Part shown: one piece after another, positions 12,560 to 25,213 of the stretch | Layout: every line of letters starts with the position of its first letter | Numbering within the stretch: position 1 is the stretch's first letter | Assembly (NCBI GenBank): GCA_951406725.2 | Contig: OX597819.1 | Location: forward strand, 38,316,001 to 38,380,000 | Source of the DNA: Octopus vulgaris | Lineage: Eukaryota | Reading direction: 5' to 3' | DNA: 64,000 nucleotides | Position numbers and translations under genes: made by a program | The notes under the pieces: generated by a model | The model's database searches: none | Seen by the model: only the letters and a program-made list of their open reading frames with translations | What the model was told of the DNA's origin: nothing

Positions 12560-13950
12560 ACAAGAATGTAATGACCAGTTCTAAGTGTCCCTTGGTGTCA
12601 TGAATATCATTAGAGTACAGATTAAAGTCATCAACATAAAATGTGTGAGTGACATTAATTTTTCATTCATTTGCAGATTCTGTCATGTAGCCTTTGTATT
12701 TCCTTAACAAGGCTAAGAAGGATGTTAAAATGAATAGCATTACATATAAGCTATCACCTTGAAATATTCCCATTGATAGCCTAATTCTGTTGATGACTAT
12801 GATGGTTGCTTCAATTCTTACCAATTACTGTGTGGACCATGAGGTTCATTACTTAATGGCTTGGGCTGTCATATATGGAACATTAACAAGACATAATGAA
12901 TCTATTATCCATGAGTGAGGAACAGAGCCAAATGCTTCAGTCAGTAGATTTTGGTGATGCTATTTGACATCCATAAAGACAGCTTTGTTGATGAGGAGCT
13001 GTTCAGTACAACTTTAGACTCCTTTCCTTCCTCATATACGCACATCAGTCACTACATTGTATGTTTCACAGTGATACTTGAGAAATGCATTCTTGCAGAT
13101 CCACCTACAATTATACATCACATTCAAGCACTCTATGTATGGGGTTGTAGTTTCTGGACATATGCACCTCCTGGTTTTTAGTTTTAATGTATATGCAACT
13201 ACTGACCTGTCTGACATATCAATCTCAGGATCTGTTGTTCTTTTGAATATTTTTGGTGGCACGTAAAAAGCACCATCCGACCGTGGCCGTTTGCCAGCCC
13301 CGTCTGGCACCTGTGCTGGTGGCACGTAAAAAGCACCCACTATACTCACGGAGTGGTTGGCGTTAGGAAGGGCATCCAGCCATAGAAACATTGCCAGATC
13401 AGACTGGGCCTGGTGCAGCCTTCTGGCTTCCCAGACCCCAGTTGAACCATCCAACCCATGCTAGCATGGAAAGCGGATGCTAAATGATGATGATGATGAT
13501 GATGAATAAAGGCTGCTTTTGAAGAATGAGAATTTTCTGTACAACTATCAGATATCATTCAAGTGAATTTCCATTTGATAGTTTTGCAACAACCATTAGG
13601 AGAGTTTCATTGTTGATATTCCTAAGTTTTGGGAGAGATATTTGCATAGTACTCACATCATGGCTCATCTAATCACATTCTGTCATAGTTGTGATACAAC
13701 TGAAATATCTTTTGGCTGGAGTAAACACTTATTGTTTATATTTTTAATTCTGATATTCTGCAAATTTACATAATTTTTCAGATGTACAAACCAAAGTACA
13801 AATTGATGAAATTATTTCAGTAGGATTGAAACAATCCTACCGCTCTGTAATACCATCATCTTCATTCTTTTGTCCACAATCGATGCCTCAAATGTTTGAT
13901 CAGTAAATTTACTCGGATTTATAGTTGGGTCAAATTAATACGGATTCTAA
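12560..13950 (-). mobile_element. Non-LTR retrotransposon RT relic (R4/Dong-like RLE clade), interrupted by family C element
   Basis: Minus-strand motifs AFGSVPHSW (12909-12935), GIFQGDS (12750-12770) and THTFYVDD (12627-12650) in correct order. Confidence 0.75.
13255..13504 (+). mobile_element. Family C element nested in the LINE relic
   Basis: GGCACGTAAAAAGCACC repeats, GGAAGGGCATCCAGC, (GAT)n tail. Confidence 0.85.
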
Positions 13951-14059
13951 TTTTCTTACTTTTACACTCTGTTAGCTAGGTTTTATACATGAAATCTTAA
14001 CTGATTTATTCGCCCAGATTTCCTTAACTGCTACCCTCTTTCAATACATATGAACATAT

Positions 14060-14292
14060 AAGGTGGCGAGCTGGCAGAAACGTTAGCACGCTGGGCAAAA
14101 TGTGTAGCCGTATTTCGTCTGCTGTTACGTTCTGAGTTCAAATTCCGCCGAGGTTGACTTTGCCTTTCATCTTTTCAGGGTCGATAAATTAAGTACCAGT
14201 TACGCACTGGGGTCGATGTAATCAACTTAATCCGTTTGTCTGTCCTTGTTTGTCTCCTCTGTGTTTAGCCCCTTGTGGGTAGTAAAGAAATA
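14060..14292 (+). mobile_element. SINE family B, full length
   Basis: tRNA-like head with B box GAGTTCAAATTCC, central GTTGACTTTGCCTTTCATC..GATAAATTAAGTACCAG block. Confidence 0.9.
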
Positions 14293-14504
14293 TATATACA
14301 TACACATATACATATGTACGTACAAACATGGGGAATTGTGTTTAAATCACTTGTTCTTATGTATGTTTCCTCATTGTGGTTGCTTGGAACTCTTCATTGG
14401 ATATTCCAAGTGCAAATGGATGCTTAATCTCAACAGATCATTGGGGTACACTTTATTGGATTATGTTACAAAGAACACATACATACATATGTCCGTACAT
14501 ACAC

Positions 14505-14930
14505 ACCTATACTGAACTACTGAGAAATTTGCAGTTACTCTATCCAGATTACAAGTTCAAGTTTATACCTGTAATTATTGGGACCCTGAGATATGTAACA
14601 CACTGCCTTAATACCAATCTTGAGAAATTAGACTTCTCAAAACCAGAAATGAGAAAGATAATTTGAAGACTACAGATCCAATCCATCACTGGAACTGAAA
14701 GATCTGTAAAATTTTCCGGAAGTTTATCATTTAAATATATATATGGCCATGTCTAGATATGCAACTATATGCATGAGCATACATAAAATAAAACATACCA
14801 ATCTATGCATATACATACATACAAAAATACCCTGTTGTTGATGTAGAAATTCCTACGAAGGAGCTTTGGATCCAAGTTAGAAACTGGCTCTTTCTCTTGA
14901 CAAGAAATCTTGAAATAAAACTGAACAATG
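14505..14930 (+). mobile_element. 3' end of an RLE-type (R4/Dong-like) LINE in a (TACA)n tract
   Basis: YTELLRNLQLLYPDYKFKFIPVIIGTLRYV...LEKL..RLQIQSITGT resembles the R4/Dong C-terminus (VPIVIGALG..LQK...GT); flanked by CATA repeats. Confidence 0.7.
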
Positions 14931-15078
14931 ACATACATACATATAAATATGTATACACACACACAGATATATATGTATATATACACATACATAGGTATAG
15001 ATATATATATACATACATATGTATATATATATACATGCATACATATACATATATATACATACATACATATACATATAT

Positions 15079-15132
<54 letters not shown>

Positions 15133-15182
15133 ATATATTCATACATATATATACATATATATATATATGCAAATACATATAT
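14931..15182. repeat. (TACA)/(TA) microsatellite
   Basis: Directly visible. Confidence 0.95.
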
Positions 15183-16072
15183 ATTATATGAAAAAATGTG
15201 AGCAAGAGAAATAACATTTTCAGATTATAAATCTGGAAAAGTACAGGAGAAGGTATTACACTTGAAAAAGTTCACGACGGGTTATTACATCTGGTAGAGT
15301 ACTGAACAAGAAAACTTTTACTTAAAATATTGCAGCTAAGGATGAAATTTCAAATAAAATATTTTAATTTAGAAAATATCAGTTTTTATTAAAACTAAAA
15401 ATTTTATTACAAGTTATTACTTCTATTTGTTATTAATTGTTACTTCTATCAAAAATAAAAAATAACTCAAAATATTCTTTTGCACTTTAAAAAAATTAAT
15501 TTTTTTAATTATCAATTAATAATTAGAAATTTGAAAATGGGTTATAAAAATGATAGTTGTACATAATTAGTTAGTATAATAAATAGACTAATAAGATTAG
15601 TTATATATATATATTACAGTAAAACCTACCTATAACTACAAATTCACAGTAAAATTTGCTTGAGTTATTATCTAAGTAATTGCCAACTCTTCGCAATTTT
15701 AGGTTTGCCCCGATGCCTATTTTTTGTATAAGGAATTTGCTTACCATATATACTATTTTACTTTGCATAAAACTTTAGCTGTACTAATACTTCTGGCTCT
15801 CATTTTCAAGTATTCTAGTGTGTCAATATTTTAACAAAATGATGGTACCTTTTTAAATTATAATGTTACTTTGTAATTTAAAATAAAATAACTTTTAATA
15901 TTCAAATTTTATCCTTAGCTGCAATACTTTAAGTAAAAATTTTCTTGTTCTGTACTTTACCAGATGTAATAAATTGTCCTGAACTTTTCCAAGTGTAATA
16001 ACTTGTCCTGTACTTTTCCTGGTTTATAATCTGAAGAATATTATTTCTCTTGCTTGCATTTTTCAATGTAAT
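15183..16072. mobile_element. Foldback/MITE-like element with ~170-bp imperfect terminal inverted repeats
   Basis: 15183-15356 is the inverse of 15898-16072 (e.g. GCAAGAGAAATAA/TTATTTCTCTTGC, ATTGCAGCTAAGGAT/ATCCTTAGCTGCAAT); AT-rich non-coding centre. Confidence 0.8.
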
Positions 16073-17249
16073 TCATGTCTTTTGCAGGCTACACTATTAT
16101 GCTAATTAATAATGTGTCAATTGATAATTTAAGATTTTACCTTATTAAAAATTGAATAATAAATTTAAAGTGTGTGTATGTGTGTGTATGAGAGAGAGAG
16201 AAAAGGTGTGTGTTGTTGTTTGTGTGTGTGTTTATTTATTTTATTTATTTACTTTTTCTCGCAATTTTTAATGTATGTTTGAGAGAGAGAGAAGGTGCCT
16301 TGCTCTGTGTCTGTGTGAGAGAGAGAAATGATAGTGTAAATTTTTTTATTTATCTAGTTTTTCTCGCATCTTTTTTTTTAGTGGTTGAGTGTGTAAGTGA
16401 TTGACTGAGAGAGAGAGGTGTTGTCATGTATATGTAAAATACCTAGGCTCAGTCACACAAACACATACATACACCTATTATCTGTTGTATACACATACAT
16501 GCATAAATACATATGCATACATGTTCTTTATATGTGTGCATGTGAGGAAGAGAGAAAAAGTCAGTCACTGAGTAAAGGTGTGTGTTCTCATGACAAATTC
16601 TTTTAAATGTGTGTATAAGTTGAGTAGTAAAATTTACTCTATCACTCTCTCTCTCTCTCTCTCTCTCTCTGTCACACACAGCAACACACACCTCTCTCTC
16701 TCTCTCAGTCAATCACTCACATTCAACTTGTTTAAGCCTATCTGTTGCCTTAATTTTATGTCGCATTTGAATTTTGTAAGCATGCAGTCTTAGGTGTTTA
16801 TGCAGGACATTTTGAATAGTGTTTTTGGCATACGAAGTTCCAAACTGCATCGAGTTATGGGATTAACTTAGGTTCCCCATCCATATAGTGTTAAGATTCC
16901 AAAACTAATTGGCCCAAAATGTCTTAAAATATATACATATATATAGATATATATATATCTTGTCATCTGCACACATATGTGTATTATATATATCAGATCC
17001 TTAATAAATTTCTCCTTCACTTAACTACTTGTTATATGTTATTCATTAACTTTTTTATTTATTTTTGCTGGGGATTATTGTTATTGGTAGTATATTATTC
17101 TACTATAAAACAGTTTATTGAGTATATCACAGGACATTACTTCCAACAACTGACAAGTCTATTCCAATGCCTCTATAATTCCTATCTATTCAGTTTATTA
17201 TATCAGTTTTATTATCCCACACAAGTCAACAAATATATATATGAGTGTA

Positions 17250-17290
<41 letters not shown>

Positions 17291-17735
17291 CTGGCCATAT
17301 ATATATATCTACACATATGTATATATATATATATATATACAAGATAAGAAAATGGAGAAATACATCTAAATCAAATATCAATTACCAGATAATACTCAAT
17401 CACATACTTTATTAGACCAGCACATAAGAGACTGTAGGGTTAAATATAAAAAGCAGAACAAATCAGTGTACATAAAGGAATGTACATAAAAAAAGTATAC
17501 ATAAAAGAGTAATGTTGTATAATAATTAGAATATATATAAAAAAGAATATAAATACAAGTAAATATAAATATAAGTATAAATTAGATCTTACAGCTGTTT
17601 CGGCCATGTCTATAATTATGTCTCATTTTACCAAAATTAGCCCTTTATGTATTAACTTTGTTGGGTACTTCACTAGCAGTATATTGGATATACGTTATCC
17701 CATAGAGGATTGCATTTACAACCCCTATCTCAATT

Positions 17736-17770
<35 letters not shown>

Positions 17771-18319
17771 TACCCATGTATGTATGTGTATATGTATGCT
17801 TGTTTTTATATATATAAAAAATTTGTAGTTTGAGCTATGGATTCAGAAAATCATGTGGCTATCATAAAGCTTCTCTTATAGATTCAGTGTAACAATGATG
17901 CTCAAGTGATCTGATGAGCCAGCTTTCTTTATTTGCATTGGTTTGTGAATATTCCACTGTATAGTATAGTGCTTAGCATTGTATATTAATACAAACATGT
18001 AAACATAATTTTATTCCACAGTGAAATTATTACTACATGAAGAAGACTGTTAGAGGTGAATAACATTTAGTATTCACCTCTCATACCTCCTCACTTTTAT
18101 GCTTTGGAGGTCTAAGCATAAGTATGCATTGACAGGGTTTTTGACCCTAGTATCAAAGAATCAATATAGCAGCCATATATATCTGGTTTTTCAGTTTCTT
18201 AATTTCTGCTAAGCAATATCAATCTTATTTACCCAAAAGCCATAACAACAAAAATATAAATTTGAACATTTCTAGGGGTAATAAGTATATATATGGTTGG
18301 GATTACCCTTCACATTTTA

Positions 18320-18712
18320 TTGGCAGAATCATTAGCACACTGGACAAAATGCTAAGCAGCATTGATGATGGTTTTACTTACTGAGTTCAAATTCCAGAGT
18401 TTGACTTTGCTCTTTATCCTTTTGTGGTCATTAAAATAAGTACCAGTTGAGCACTGGTGTTGATGTAATTGACTTACCCCCTCCCCCAGACTTACTGGCC
18501 TTGTGCCAAAATTTGAAACCATTGTTAGTGTATTTGTGTCTTAATATTTATATGTCTGTCTAAGGCAGAAATGTTAACTGGCAGAAATGTTAGCATGCCA
18601 GGCGAAATGCTTAGTGGTATTATGTCTTTCTGTACATTCTGAGTTCAAATTCCACCGAGGTTGGCTTTTCCTTTCATCCTTTTGAGGTCGATAAATTAAA
18701 TACCAGTTGCCT
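18320..18712 (+). mobile_element. Two diverged SINE family B copies
   Basis: GAGTTCAAATTCC and GATAAA..TACCAGTT blocks at ~18385 and ~18640. Confidence 0.7.
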
Positions 18713-18947
18713 GGAGTAGAAAAGAATATTTATATGTCTATCTGAGTTGGTGTAGTTGAATGTATTTGAAAGTGCCTAATTTACATAGCTGTATTCACAT
18801 GTGTAGGTTGTGGTGGTTCTATGACATGAGTCACAGGTACAAGATGTAAAGTGCCTATGAACCTGGTAACCCTTCAACTAAAATATGCAATACTTCCTCC
18901 TCTCTCACTCCTTCACCCCTTTATTTTCTCATTTCTATTCTTACATC

Positions 18948-19285
18948 AACAATTGCAACATGGAAGGTGTTTGTAAGTTATTTAAAAATACCCAAAAACC
19001 ATTAGATTCACTTCAACATTTAAATTTAATTTGTCAAAATATTTTCATCGTTTTGAAATCTCATCCAGTTCACTGATAAAATTCTGTGCTACATGGAATT
19101 TTGTCTGAACAGGTCATGGTTTCAAAGTGACGAAAATATTTTGACAAATTAGATTTAAATGTTGAAGTGAATCTAATGGTTTTTGTGTATTTTTAAATGA
19201 CGTACAAACACCTTCCATGTTGCAATTGTTTTTGTTTCAGCACACCATCCAGATCAGGTTGCTTGCTATGCAAGTACATGTCTGT
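18948..19285 (+). mobile_element. Inverted dimer (partial inverted copy + full copy with tail) of the 1875-2080 repeat
   Basis: Arms 18948-19090 and 19093-19230 are imperfect reverse complements; tail continues to ~19285. Confidence 0.8.
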
Positions 19286-19439
19286 AATATTCTTACATTC
19301 ATAGGTATAAAAACAATATTTTGCTCTCATAAAATTGTTCTTACTTGGTGTTATTTTTATATATATATATATATATTTTTTTTTTTTTGAAAAAAGAGCA
19401 TGTTTGTTTATCACCACTGCTAATGGATATAATCTACAA

Positions 19440-20110
19440 TTTGAGATGCTTAGAAAGAAGCCACCAAGTGAAACTGATCACAGGAATGCAAAAAGGAACC
19501 TAATAGGGATTACACTTGATATTAAAACTGTTATTTTACAATGGTTTATACATGAGAAAAAAATCAACCATATTGTCAAAACATTAAAACTTCAACATGT
19601 ACAGTGGGAGCAATAGACAGAAAATTAAGTCAAGTGTTCAAGAAGCTAATCAGTTAACTGCTTGGATCTCAGATATAAATTTATGTTTAAATTGGAATAG
19701 CTCTTGTGCATATGAATCCAGGATCAGAATTGGTATAATGTACTGATAAGCAATATGGTAATTCAAAATTAAACCAAAAGTCTCTTTGAGGTTTTGAAGA
19801 AAAGAGGTGAAATTTCTTATTGAAAAGCCTTTATTTTGGCTAATAAAAGCTGGTCTGAAAAGTTTAAGAAATGCTTGAATTTGTATTACATATAAATGAC
19901 TAATGAAGCTTCCACTGCTGATACAGAAATAACTACTAATTATTCTGAGTGAGTAAAGAAAACAATTTCTGAATGGATCAGCACACCAGAGCGAGTATAC
20001 AATGTTGATAAAACTGCACTTGTCTTGGACATGCATGCATGCTAGAACTTTTAATTTTGAGAAGGAAAATCAACTTCAGAATTTAAAGCTTGAAAACATC
20101 ATCTGATATA
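19440..20110 (+). pseudogene. Tigger/pogo-like DNA transposase relic
   Basis: Decayed motifs ITLDIK..IL (psq HTH-like), W.EKFK....MTNEASTADT (CENP-B HTH end), YNVDKTAL (first catalytic Asp motif). Confidence 0.65.
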
Positions 20111-20543
20111 TCAAGCAGGTGGCTCCTGTGTGTGTGTAAACATTTATATACATATATATATATGTATATAAATGTTTACACACACACACATACATATGTT
20201 TTATCTTAAGAATTTATAATCTTTCAAGAGAACATGGAATAATTCTCTTTTGGAATTGTTTCTCAAAGAACAAACAAAGCAGAAAATAATAGCAGATAAA
20301 TATTGGATTGAAAATCCTTTTTGGATAGAAAAGTCAAACGTTGCCTGTAGGACAAAAGCCACATATCCTGTAGGCAATGATAGGTGTTATCCAAAAGGGT
20401 TAGGGTTACTTGCTATTATTTATAACTTTATATCTTATTCAAGAAACAATTCCAAAAATGAATTATATATATGTATATATATATAGTTCTATTGATTTAA
20501 GTTAATGTTTGTCCTAGTTCTGATTATGAATATTTTGTACAGT

Positions 20544-20884
20544 ATCATCATCATCATTTAACGTCCGCTTTCCATGCTAGCATGGGTTGGAGAATTTGAC
20601 TGAGGTCTGGCGAACAAGATGGCTGCACTAGGCTCCGATCTTGATCTGGCAGAGTTTCTACAGCTGTATGCCCTTCTTAACGCCAACCACTCTGAGAGTG
20701 TAGTGGGTGCTTTTATGTGCTACTGGCATGAGGGCCAGTCAGGTAGTACTGGCAATGGCCATGCTCAAATGATGTTTTTTACGTGCCACCTGCACAGGAG
20801 CCAGTCCAGCGGCACTGGCAACGACCTCGTTCAAATGTTTTTTCACATGCCACTAGCACAAGTGCCAGTAAGGCGACGCTGGTA
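20544..20884 (-). mobile_element. Family C element
   Basis: Near-identical to 567-932. Confidence 0.85.
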
Positions 20885-21392
20885 TCTCTTTGTAAATTTA
20901 CAGAATTTGTAACTAGGCAGGATTAATGCAGTAACTTTATGTGTTGTGTTAATATTTGCATCATGATCATTATTAATATAAGTAATTTAGTTGGGTAAAT
21001 TTGCTTTTTATTAAAGCATAATTATAAACTGACATTTTAATTTCACTAGGTTTATTTTATATATTATTTTTTATTGAAATCATAACTGAACACTCATTCT
21101 CTGCATACTACATCAGTCTGCCATCTCTCTCCCGGTAAACAGTTCACACAAAATCATCCAGCAAACAGTTCACACGAATAAATAAATAAGGGAAAGGGAA
21201 CCCTCAATTCATTTGCAGAATAACTAATGTATTGAGTCCCCTCTTATTTATTTATCTATTTATTTTTAATGTAGTAGTACACACACACGTCTTTCACTGG
21301 TTTTACAACAGGGGCTTATTGTCATATTGGGGCACCATATACATTCATAAAGCTTACACACACATACACATGCATACATACTCACACATAAG

Positions 21393-21735
21393 TGCAGGCA
21401 TGGCTGTGGTAAAAAGTTTGCTTCCCAACTACATGGTTCTGGGTTCAGTCACACTATGTGGCACTTGGGCATGTGTCTTCTGCTATAGCCTCAGGCTGAC
21501 CAAAGCCTTGTGAGTAGATTTGATAGACAGAAACTAAAAAGAAGTCTATTGTATATATATATGTGTGTGTGTGTTTGTGTCTATGTTTGTCCCCCATCAC
21601 CACTTGACAACCAGCGTTGGTGTGTTTACATCTTTGTAACTTATCAGTTCAGCCAAAGACCAATAGAATAAGTACCAGGCTTTAAAAAAATTAAGTACTG
21701 GGATTGATTTATTTGACTAAAAATTCTTCAAGGTC
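21393..21735 (+). mobile_element. SINE family A, older subfamily
   Basis: GCAGGCATGGCTGTGG..GGTTCAGTC..TTGGGCATGTGTCTTC. Confidence 0.75.
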
Positions 21736-21781
21736 TTGAAATTTTACTTGTGTTTTGACAAATGCAATATAGAATGTTTAA

Positions 21782-21987
21782 CCTTTTCATTACCAACCCA
21801 GCTGAAACTAGCTCTGGCTCTGTAGTAGAAATGTTTTGAATTAAAATCTTCCACCAAACCTTAGCCACAATTTATGTTCCTATCACTAGATTAATGATAA
21901 CTAAGTTATTTTACTAAATTCTTTGTTATATATAAAGTAATTGAAAGAAACACAGAGCATCTCAAAATAAATAAAGTAACGAAAGGG
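21782..21987. mobile_element. piggyBac-type MITE with TTAA TSD
   Basis: TTAA|CCTTTTCATTAC ... GTAACGAAAGGG|TTAA. Confidence 0.75.
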
Positions 21988-22974
21988 TTAATGTAATGTA
22001 AAAATGGTTTAATACACATAAATATCATACAAAAATATTTTCTTTTATTTAAATAGTTTTGACATTTTATTAACTGCATATTGCATAAGACTAAAAGAAT
22101 TTTTTTTTTTTTTTCAAACTAAAAAAGTTGCTAGATCCTGAGTATCTGATGTTTAGAAAATAAAATCCAAAGATTGCTCTTAAAAGAAATGCACAATTGA
22201 AAAAGAGCTAGAGAAGTTTTAAACATGCACACTTAATAAATACTTTGTTCTCCTGCAACAACACAGCCATGATGTTTCACCTTATACTCTGAATAGTAAA
22301 ATTGAGTATAAACTTATTTAAGTAGAATATCATTATTAAAATCAAATTGATTTTCTTCAAAAAAAAAAAAAAAAAAGAACAAAAAGCATAATTGTGTGAT
22401 TTCAGCTATACTGTACTAACAACAGGAAAACTTTTACAGCCTACACACTTGTAAAGTTTAAAGCTCACTTTTGAATTTGCTTTTTGTGTTATTTAAAATT
22501 TGTGATTTTTTAATGTATGTTTTATACAGCAGTTATAATAAATCTGGCTAAACACCTTTTCTCCACTAAAATGTCGACATAATGTATGAGATATATATTT
22601 TCTGGAATTTTTATCACCCATTATTGGTGGTGCACATTAGAGACATGTGCCTTTGTATGTGAAGAAATTAGGTCATGATTACAAGTACTAAACAGATGAA
22701 AGCATTCTCTGTTTTGATGTATAAGCAACTTTAATAACAGTTGAATTTAGTATAATAAATGATAAAATTTCTGATTTCAACTTTAATGTTGTAGACTAAG
22801 TATTTTTCCATTATTTGAAACTATGAATTCAAATCTTTTGAACAGCCTGTTCTTACTCTAGCTGCTACACTATCAGAGTATCCTCTTCCACTGCTAATTA
22901 GGTCATCTAGGTAACAGAAACAATCTATTACATGTAGAGATCCTCCTGGTCTATATTCTACATTCATTGTAGCA

Positions 22975-23493
22975 GGTTGCAAAGAGCACCATACGATTGT
23001 GATCAGTGATCATTGACAGAGCGGCTAACTGGCTTTCGTGCCAGTGGCACTCAAAGGGCACCATTCGAGCGTGATCGTTACCAGCGTTGCCTTACTGGCA
23101 CTTGTGCCCATGCTAGTAGGGTGCCAAGAGCACCATCTGAGCGTGATCGTTGCCAGAGCAGCCAACTGGCTCCCGTGCCAGTGGCATGTAAAAGGCACCA
23201 TTTGAGCATGATCGTTACCAAAGTCACCTTACTGGCACCTGTACTGGTGGCAAGTGTAAAAGGATTCGAGCGAGGTTGTTGCCAGTACCGCCTGACTGGC
23301 CCTCATGCTGGTGGCACGTAAAAAGCACCCACTACACTCTCGGAGTGGTTGGCGTTAGGAAGGGCATCCAGCTGTAGAAACTCTGCCAGATCAAGATTGG
23401 AGCCTGGTGCAGCCATCTTGTTCGCCAGCTCTCAGTCAAAATCGTCCAACCCATGCTAGCATGGAAAGCAGACGTTGAACGATGATGATGATG
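22975..23493 (+). mobile_element. Family C element with ~6 internal tandem units
   Basis: Repeated GCACCATTCGAGCGTGATCGTT..ACTGGC units, then conserved 3' body and (GAT)n. Confidence 0.85.
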
Positions 23494-23639
23494 GTATTTT
23501 TAGTATTTATTGCTCCTGCACATTTGCCTCATTACAAAGTTTGTTTTCTCTTTCAACCCTACAAATATATCACTGCACTTCATGTGTTTTCATTGTTTGC
23601 ATTGAATTCACCTAATGGAACTTCTACCCACTCTTCACA

Positions 23640-24330
23640 TCTTGAACAAGTCCCATTACCCTGATAAAAGAGCAGGGTGCTGTCTATATTCCTACATACA
23701 CTTTAGTCTGTACCAAGTTAACTTTGAGACTATTTAATTCCAGGTTTTGCTTTCAAACCTGAAATTTCTTCTCTTATCCTTCCACAGATTCAGTTATAAG
23801 AATGTGGTTAATGGCATATCAGCACTCCTACGGACATCCAGTTTCAAACACTTTTGTTAATGTGCTGGTGAGCTATGATAAATAGGTGACTGAGAGGTGA
23901 GCTTAGATGGATCCCTACCTCTACACTAAATACCTTGCTGTTTTCATTGCTGATTCTCACCTTACTAACAGTACCTCTGCTGCCTAGCTTCTTCAGCAGA
24001 ATGAAGAGTCCTTTTGAAAGCTTTCTCAGACAAGCACTTGGTACAGTGACATACTTTTAGTTAAGTACATTTTTTTTGCTGGTGTCTCATGAGAAAGATA
24101 ACATCAACGGTACTTCTTCCTGGCAAAGTACTGAAATGCATCTCATCTAGGCTAACTCTCTTCCTAATCAGTTGAGCTACAAATCTTTGTGTAAATTTAA
24201 TGACCTGGTCCAGCAAATTGCTACCTCTGTGATTAGCTCTCTCTCTAAGGCATTTCCCTTTGTAACAGTTGATGTTGATACTACTATGCTAGTCATTGGA
24301 TATGACAACTTCCTGTATAACCTGATTGAC
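23640..24330 (-). mobile_element. RTE-clade LINE RT relic
   Basis: Minus strand VEVGIHLSSPLSHLFII (VGVHQGSVLSPLLF-like) and GCP*EC*YA (GCPWELLYADD-like). Confidence 0.6.
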
Positions 24331-24412
24331 TACATATGTGTATGTGTGCATGTGCATGCATGCATATGTGAGTATGCATCTTCTCTAATGAGGATGCAAT
24401 TCTTTCTAAAAT

Positions 24413-24620
24413 ATATTTCTTTACTGCCCACAGGCGGCTAAACACAGAGGGGACAGACAAAGAGATTAAGTCAATTACATTGACCCCAGTGTGAAACTGG
24501 TACTTTATTTATCGACCCCGAAAGGATGAAAGGCAAAGTCGACCTCGGCGGAATTTGAACTCAGAATGTAACGGCAGACGAAATATGGCTATGCATTTCG
24601 CCCGGCGTGCTAACGATTCT
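24413..24620 (-). mobile_element. SINE family B
   Basis: Homology to 14060-14292. Confidence 0.85.
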
Positions 24621-25046
24621 AAAATAGATATGCATATGTCTTCAGTTTTATACATAGTTGGTGTCAAAGTGGGATAATGGCTTTGCAGATGAGGCTTAAT
24701 GAAACAGAAACACAATTTCACATCTATTATTTTGTCTCCAGAAAAGTAAGTCTTTTCCTAGATGACATGTTAACTCTGGGAGAATTGTTGATTCCTTAGA
24801 TCATCTTTCTCCCTAATTTGGCATTGGTCACAAATGGCAATATAGTTTTCTTTACCTTCTCTCAAAGCAAAGTTAATCTGAATATGTCAAAAATTAATCT
24901 TATGACATTTAATGTATTTTTTCCCATTTTGTGGTGTGTTTGTCTGTGTGAATACACACACATATACACACTTACACATATATATGTATGTATGTGAGAA
25001 TGTATATGTGTGTGTTTGTGTGTGTGTTTATATATATATATATATA

Positions 25047-25202
25047 AAAATCAAAATAAGCAACAGGATATCAAGTAGTAATCCAGTAGGACAGTTGCTT
25101 ATTTTGATTTTATTCGCCTTAATTTAAGCTATGTATATAGTACTAGACTGACTTGGTGCTTCAACTTAAGTACCTAGTTCAACTGAATCCCAATTATTTC
25201 TT
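25047..25202 (+). mobile_element. (TA)n-embedded foldback+tail mini-element
   Basis: AAAATCAAAATAAGCAAC (25047-25064) / GTTGCTTATTTTGATTTT (25094-25111) perfect inverted pair; tail homologous to 9875-9915. Confidence 0.7.
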
Positions 25203-25213
25203 ATATATATATA

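Noticed and set aside
22975-23330. Regularly spaced repeats resembling a CRISPR array
   Set aside because: Eukaryotic context, spacers are similar to each other, part of a dispersed retroposon
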